DNA of 64,000 bases from a virus, in the IMG/VR virus record IMGVR_UViG_3300032032_000001, positions 1 to 64,000 of that record; one strand, written 5' to 3'. Within the stretch, counting starts at the first letter, position 1, and each line of letters begins with the position of its first letter. Below the pieces are notes generated by a model. That model had not been told where the DNA came from. It saw only the letters and a list, made by a program, of their open reading frames with translations, and did not search any database. A program made the translations under genes and the position numbers. Shown piece by piece: positions 58,968-64,000 of the stretch.

Positions 58968-60998
58968 ATGGCGTATTCAAACAATAGAACGGGTCGATAT
59001 TCTTTAGGCGCGAGATCCAGAGCAAAGACTATTGGGAAGCCAGAGTCGTTTTATCCTAGCCCCTTTTTCGATGTCGCCCAGAACTACCTGCCCAAGACAA
59101 TTAAAGAAACTTTCGATTGGTGCCTCTACTACCAGCTAACCAACCCGTTGATCAGCGCGGTGACAAGCAAGCTCGCTACATACCCGATCACAGACCTCAT
59201 CTACGAAGATGATAACGAAGGTCTTGTTGAGATGTATCGGAGCATGTTCGAGGGACAGTTCCTTTTAAGGCAGTTTCTGATTGAAACAAACCTGGATAGG
59301 TACACGTATGGAAACGCTTTTGTGTCCGTATCTTTCCCGTTCAAGAAGGTTCTAAAATGCCGCAACTGTGGTGACGCTAACCCTGCCCGTGAAGTTAAGT
59401 ACAAATGGAAGAGCTTCGCGTTCCATATGACCTGTGAAAAATGTATGCACGTAGGCCTCGCCGATGTGAAGGATGAGCCAATAAAGTCGGCCCAGCAGAT
59501 ACGGCTGATTAGATGGAATCCAAAAAGCATCACGGTTAAGTACAATGAGGTAACAGGGCAGAGCCAGTATTACTACAACATGCCGAGGCACATGAGAAAC
59601 GACATCATGCTTGGCAAACCGGCAATGATCGAAACGATCCCACAGGTGTTTATTGAGTCGCTCAAAAAGAAGCGGTCTATTCTCCTGGAAAGCTCTAAGC
59701 TTTTTCACTGCCGACGCGCCTCTGTCTCTAGAGACCCTTCGGATAGCGGCTGGGGAGCCCCTCTGATTCTCCCGGTCCTGAAGGACATCTTTTTCTTACA
59801 GATCTTGCGGAAAGCGCAGGAAGCTGTCGCAATGGAACACGTTGTTCCTATGCGAGTAATGTTCCCACAAGTCACAACGGACGGGAACAATCCGTACGCC
59901 CACGTTAATCTACAGGATTGGCAGGACGAGGTCTCAGGCCAGATCAAAAAGTGGAGGATGGACAACAACCACATCCCCGTCATGCCTGTGCCGATTGGGT
60001 ACCAAATGATCGGCGGGCAGGGAAAATCCCTCCTCCTTCACCAAGAGCTGCGAGTCTATAACGACCAGATTATCGCAGGCATGGGCGTCCCCACAGGGTT
60101 TTTCTACGGAGAGCAGCAATACTCTGGGGCATCCGTTAACCTACGCGCCCTTGAGAACGAGTTCTTGGGAAACCGGCAGGACATGCTCAGGCTTGTAGAA
60201 TTTGTCAGGGATCGCGTTTGCGCATTCTTGGATCTGCCCAGGATGACTCTCAAGTTTAAGCCCTTCAAGATGGCTGATGACATTCAGAGAGCCTCTTTTG
60301 ATATGAACCTCGCTAATGCGGGCATGATCAGCCGAAGAAGCTTCTTGGAGTCGAGGGACTTCAACTTCGACACGGAGCAAGAGCTTATCCACGAAGAGGG
60401 TAAGAAGCTAAATAGATCACAACGTGAGGGCATGATCGCCAACGCTGAATCTCAGGGCGAAGCAATGCTTATCCAGACTAGATACCAGATCCAGTCTCAA
60501 GAATTACAGATGGAGGCCCAGCAGCAACAGCAAGCCTCTGGAATGGCCCCTCCTCCCGGCCAACCCCAACAGGGTCAGCCGCAAGAGGGTCAACCACAAC
60601 AAGGACCGCCTCAGGAGGGGGCTCCCCCGGAAGCAGCGCAGCAACCGGGACCAGAAGGTGCTGCGCCTCCGCCCGATCAACAGGGCGGCGGCCAGCCATC
60701 TCCAGAACAGGGCGCACCTCTCCCAGAAGAGGCTACCGCAGGGGCGGATCAGAGCCCTATGGGGGCAGCAAATACCGGCCAAATGGTAGACATGTTCGCC
60801 CAAGCTAAGCGTGTCTCCTCACAGATAAAAAAGATGAATGAAGTAGATAGATACCGAGCTATGGCGCAATTACGCGCCAGTAGCCCGGATCTATATATGC
60901 TTGTTAACAACGCTCTTTCCGGCGCTGGAATAAAGACTATGCAGCCTTTACCCGAGAAGCTTCCATCTAGAGCGAACCCTGATAGGGCGCAGATCTAA
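58968..60998 (+). CDS. Probable portal protein with Zn-ribbon insertion and Gln/Pro-rich tail
   Basis: NPLISAV.SKLA.YP, D.YTYGNAFV, WNPKSI, GWGAPLI.PVL and IIAGMGVP match the portal layout; CRNC...CEKC insert. Confidence 0.65.
   Translation: MAYSNNRTGRYSLGARSRAKTIGKPESFYPSPFFDVAQNYLPKTIKETFDWCLYYQLTNPLISAVTSKLATYPITDLIYEDDNEGLVEMYRSMFEGQFLLRQFLIETNLDRYTYGNAFVSVSFPFKKVLKCRNCGDANPAREVKYKWKSFAFHMTCEKCMHVGLADVKDEPIKSAQQIRLIRWNPKSITVKYNEVTGQSQYYYNMPRHMRNDIMLGKPAMIETIPQVFIESLKKKRSILLESSKLFHCRRASVSRDPSDSGWGAPLILPVLKDIFFLQILRKAQEAVAMEHVVPMRVMFPQVTTDGNNPYAHVNLQDWQDEVSGQIKKWRMDNNHIPVMPVPIGYQMIGGQGKSLLLHQELRVYNDQIIAGMGVPTGFFYGEQQYSGASVNLRALENEFLGNRQDMLRLVEFVRDRVCAFLDLPRMTLKFKPFKMADDIQRASFDMNLANAGMISRRSFLESRDFNFDTEQELIHEEGKKLNRSQREGMIANAESQGEAMLIQTRYQIQSQELQMEAQQQQQASGMAPPPGQPQQGQPQEGQPQQGPPQEGAPPEAAQQPGPEGAAPPPDQQGGGQPSPEQGAPLPEEATAGADQSPMGAANTGQMVDMFAQAKRVSSQIKKMNEVDRYRAMAQLRASSPDLYMLVNNALSGAGIKTMQPLPEKLPSRANPDRAQI
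60558..60617 (+). repeat. Coding tandem repeat, 4 x 15 nt (GQPQQ/GQPQE/GQPQQ/GPPQE)
   Basis: Visible in the low-complexity C-terminal region of the portal. Confidence 0.7.
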
Positions 60999-61229
60999 TC
61001 ATGTGTTTTGAATTGCTATTAACATTGCGGACTTCTTGTTACACCGGTCGCATCTACCACGTTGGTAGAATGCGGAAGGATGGTCCACTTGTTTAATGCA
61101 AACAGAACATACCCACGCAACACAACCAGTGTTTTCAAGAAAGTGGATACACTCGCCGCAGTTCTTTGGCTCGTTGCACCACATGCTGGCAACGTCGCAA
61201 GCAATGGGTTTTGGTGCGCGGGTACTCAT
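60999..61229 (-). CDS. Small Cys-rich (probable Zn-binding) protein
   Basis: Nine Cys including CGEC, CSVC and CDRC; GAGAG upstream; stop abuts the portal stop. Confidence 0.55.
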   Translation of the reverse strand: MSTRAPKPIACDVASMWCNEPKNCGECIHFLENTGCVAWVCSVCIKQVDHPSAFYQRGRCDRCNKKSAMLIAIQNT

Positions 61230-61241
61230 TTGCTACTCTCT

Positions 61242-61337
61242 TTAGCCGGAAGGTACCAGCGCTGCGTTAACGGCGTTCGCCACTTCCGCACAAGTATTAA
61301 CATACGTTGTAGCACTATTTTTTGCGGAACAACTCAT
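61242..61337 (-). CDS. 31-aa peptide (not in ORF track)
   Basis: MSCSAKNSATTYVNTCAEVANAVNAALVPSG*; AGGAG RBS; directly downstream of promoter P4. Confidence 0.5.
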   Translation of the reverse strand: MSCSAKNSATTYVNTCAEVANAVNAALVPSG

Positions 61338-61371
61338 ATAAACTCTCCTGTTTGTTTAGGGCAGTATTACC

Positions 61372-61392
61372 CATAATTCTTATACCTAATAT
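61372..61392 (-). promoter_or_regulatory. Putative phage promoter P4 (ATATTAGGTATAAG-AATTAT-G)
   Basis: Motif copy followed by hairpin GGGTA-ATAC-TGCCC and an RBS; divergent from the RNAP gene. Confidence 0.65.
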
Positions 61393-61419
61393 GGAGGCCG
61401 GGTTAGCACGGAGGATTAA

Positions 61420-64000
61420 ATGTCGAATATTCTAGATCCCCAGAGGGTGATGAAAGCCCTCGAAGACGGGACCATAGAGCAAATTAGTAGCTTCTTTCCT
61501 TTGGAAGGTAAGAAACATGCCTTGGTCGCAGACAAAATCTACTCTGGCGGGGAAGTAGACCTAGATGATATCAGTAGCCAAAAGAACGCGAGACTTAGAG
61601 GTAGGACGTGGGCGCAAGGCCTTTACGGGGACTTCTCTTTAATAAACAAAGAGACCGGTAAAACCATAGATACGGCTAAAAGACTCAAGGTCGCGAGCCT
61701 CCCAAAGATAACCCGCCGATACAGCTACATCGTAGACGGAACAGAATACCAAGTAGACAACCAGTGGCGTCTGAAGTCAGGCGTGTATACCCGAAGAAAA
61801 GCCAACGGGGAGCTTGAAAGCCAGTTTAACCTTGCCGAGGGCCGTGGATTCCGCATGGGATTTGACCCGTCTAAGCGCCGGTTTCTGGTCACTTATGGGT
61901 CCTCGAACGTGCAGCTTCTCCCGGTCCTTCAAGCGCTAGGCGTTCCTGATGATAAAATCAGGGAGGCGTGGGGTGACACCCTGTACGCACGGAGCATGGC
62001 CGACAAGAAACGCGGCGAGGTTGTAAAGCTGGCCAAAGTATTGTCACGCGGGGCAGCCCCGGCGAACGATACTGAAGCGGCAAGTATAATTAAGGAAGCT
62101 TACGCTGGTACCAAGCTGCTCCCTGACACAACCAAAATCACCCTGGGGTCAGCGTTTGACTCGGTAAATGGGGACGCTCTCCTGGCTACATCGTCTAAGT
62201 TATTAGGCGTTAATAGGGGAGAGAGGGATGTTGATAACCGAGACTCTCTACGGTTTAAGGAGCTTTGGTCAATAAATGACCATATTCCGGAACGAATTCA
62301 GAACTCTCAGCGCAGGATCAAATACAAGCTCGGAAACAATGTGGACCGGAGAGACAGCGTCAGATCTATTATCACGTCTGATATCTTCAACATCCCCATT
62401 AAGACGTTCTTTACGTCAACGAGCCTGTCGCAGCAGACATCCCAGGTTAATCCTGTGGACATGATGGGCGGGTTTCTCCGTACGACAATCATGGGGCAAG
62501 GCGGTATCGTGAGCGAAAACGCCGTGTCCGAAGACGCCAAGCTGATCGACTCTAGTTACCTAGGGTTTATTGATCCGGTACACACTCCTGAAGGAAAGAG
62601 GTCTGGCATCAGTGGCCACCTCTCTCTTGGGGTAGAGAAGCACGGCACCACGCCAAAGATACAGGTGTACGACGTTAAGGAGAAAAAGTTCGCGGCACGG
62701 AGCCCTGGAGAGCTTGTCGGGAAAGCGGTCGCGTTCCCTGATCAGTATTCTTTTAGTGGCAAAGCGCCCAAGGCTATCAGTGATCTGGTTACGGTAGTCA
62801 GGAAGGATGGAGGCGACCCTGAAAAGATCAGCCCCTCCGAAGTCGATTACATCATAAAGACCCCTAAGCAGCTGTTCTCGATAACAGCTAACCTAGTGCC
62901 GTTCCTTCCGTCGGATCAAGCCAACCGCGCCGGTATGGCCACCCGCCACTTAGAGCAGGCGATCTCATTAAAAGACCGTGAGGAGCCCTTGGTTCAGGTC
63001 ACATCCGGAAACCCTAGTGAGAAGTACAAGACCTGGGAGAAGATTGTGGGGTCTTTTACGAGCCACACAAGCCGCGTCTCCGGGACGGTTGAGACCGTCG
63101 GGAAGAACAAGATTGTGGTTCGCGGGAGCGACGGTGAGAAGCACGAGGTTCCCCTCTATGACAACTTCCCACTAAACGACAAGAAGGCCTTTATTTCAAG
63201 CACCCCAACGGTTGCAAAGGGGGACAAGGTTAAGGCCGGTCAAGCTGTGGCGGATACGAACTTCACTAAGAATGGGACGTTGGCGATGGGGACAAACCTA
63301 CGCGTCGCCTATCTACCATATAAGGGGTTAGTGTTTGAGGATGGTATCGTTATATCTGAGACCGCTTCAAATAAGCTTATCAGTGAGCACCTCCATAAAA
63401 ACAGGGCGTATGTCGAGAAATCCATGGGAGTTGGTCTGAAGAAGTTCAGGGCAAATTTCCCTGGGTACGTGACCGAGGATAACGCCGCAAAGCTCGATGA
63501 AGATGGCGTGATAAAGAAGGGTCAAAAAGTTGACCCAGGTGACGTATTAATGACAGTCCTGCAAAAGACGGAGCCCTCTAAGGAGCAGCTACTTCTTAAG
63601 GGGATCCATAAGTCACTAATAAGGCCCTACAAGAACAAGTCTGTGACTTGGGACAAACCGTATACTGGCGTCGTAACGGATGTTGTTAGGAATGGTCGCG
63701 AGATTGTTGCGTACGTCAAGACCGAGGAATCGGCAGATGTTGGCGATAAGCTTACTGGGAGACACGGTAACAAGGGTGTGATTACAGCCGTAGTTCCTGA
63801 TGAGGAAATGCCGAGGGACGCTGACGGCAACCCCGTCCAATTGATCTTAAATCCATCGGGGGTTCCTGGACGAATCAACCTGGGACAGGTTCTGGAGACC
63901 AGTCTGGGCAAGGTGGCTAAAAAGCGCGGGGAGCCTTATGCCGTTGAGAACTTTCAATCTAATGACAGCAAGAAAGTCGTTACCGTACGTGAGCATAAGC
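61420..64000 (+). CDS. rpoB: Multisubunit DNA-directed RNA polymerase beta subunit, phage-encoded; truncated by window end (not in ORF track)
   Basis: GGAGG RBS and ATG 61420. Manual translation gives YIVDGTEYQVDNQWRLKSGVY, GFIDPVHTPEG, NLVPFLPSDQANRAGM, FEDGIVISE, GDKLTGRHGNKGVI and LNPSGVPGRINLGQVLE, all in one frame. Confidence 0.95.
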   Translation, partial: MSNILDPQRVMKALEDGTIEQISSFFPLEGKKHALVADKIYSGGEVDLDDISSQKNARLRGRTWAQGLYGDFSLINKETGKTIDTAKRLKVASLPKITRRYSYIVDGTEYQVDNQWRLKSGVYTRRKANGELESQFNLAEGRGFRMGFDPSKRRFLVTYGSSNVQLLPVLQALGVPDDKIREAWGDTLYARSMADKKRGEVVKLAKVLSRGAAPANDTEAASIIKEAYAGTKLLPDTTKITLGSAFDSVNGDALLATSSKLLGVNRGERDVDNRDSLRFKELWSINDHIPERIQNSQRRIKYKLGNNVDRRDSVRSIITSDIFNIPIKTFFTSTSLSQQTSQVNPVDMMGGFLRTTIMGQGGIVSENAVSEDAKLIDSSYLGFIDPVHTPEGKRSGISGHLSLGVEKHGTTPKIQVYDVKEKKFAARSPGELVGKAVAFPDQYSFSGKAPKAISDLVTVVRKDGGDPEKISPSEVDYIIKTPKQLFSITANLVPFLPSDQANRAGMATRHLEQAISLKDREEPLVQVTSGNPSEKYKTWEKIVGSFTSHTSRVSGTVETVGKNKIVVRGSDGEKHEVPLYDNFPLNDKKAFISSTPTVAKGDKVKAGQAVADTNFTKNGTLAMGTNLRVAYLPYKGLVFEDGIVISETASNKLISEHLHKNRAYVEKSMGVGLKKFRANFPGYVTEDNAAKLDEDGVIKKGQKVDPGDVLMTVLQKTEPSKEQLLLKGIHKSLIRPYKNKSVTWDKPYTGVVTDVVRNGREIVAYVKTEESADVGDKLTGRHGNKGVITAVVPDEEMPRDADGNPVQLILNPSGVPGRINLGQVLETSLGKVAKKRGEPYAVENFQSNDSKKVVTVREHK

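Noticed and set aside
62276-63911. Short ORFs listed by the track in 62.2-63.9 kb
   Set aside because: All lie within the rpoB-like reading frame, which the track missed because it has no stop in the window.
1-64000. tRNA, rRNA, integrase/att sites, DGR or reverse transcriptase
   Set aside because: None recognised by eye, and intergenic gaps are mostly too short; tRNAscan-SE and Infernal would be needed to exclude them formally.

Overview
This is a 64-kb segment of a large, ~50% GC dsDNA tailed phage, probably contractile-tailed (baseplate J-like and gp25-like genes), using the standard genetic code. It has three blocks. (1) A + strand virion block (1-39893) holds the 3' end of a sigma70-region-4-like gene, basic Gly-rich proteins carrying a recurrent hydrophobic-x-K-x-A motif, Ig-like proteins, giant baseplate proteins, a tail fibre and a beta-helix tailspike. 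(2) A - strand early/replication block (39959-57176) holds an XRE regulator, SF2 helicase, degenerate UDG, DnaB, primase, Zn-ribbon SSB, PolA, GIY-YIG nuclease, degenerate RecA, two PD-(D/E)xK nucleases, RusA, an AT-hook protein, a phosphatase and a membrane-anchored Rho_N protein. (3) A second + strand block (57258-64000) holds a K-x-A protein, a probable portal and a compact bacterial-type RNA polymerase beta subunit that is missing from the ORF track and runs off the window. The strongest leads are: a phage-encoded RNAP plus sigma, with a conserved promoter (W-tract-GGYATAAG-N5-TG) heading all four - strand units that start in an intergenic gap; a 3'UTR segment antisense to those leaders plus a recurrent TGYGGTT box; a putative K-x-A processing signal that would expose membrane-active cationic segments; and RecA and UDG homologues that have lost their catalytic residues. 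All family calls are by-eye motif recognition; no database search was run.
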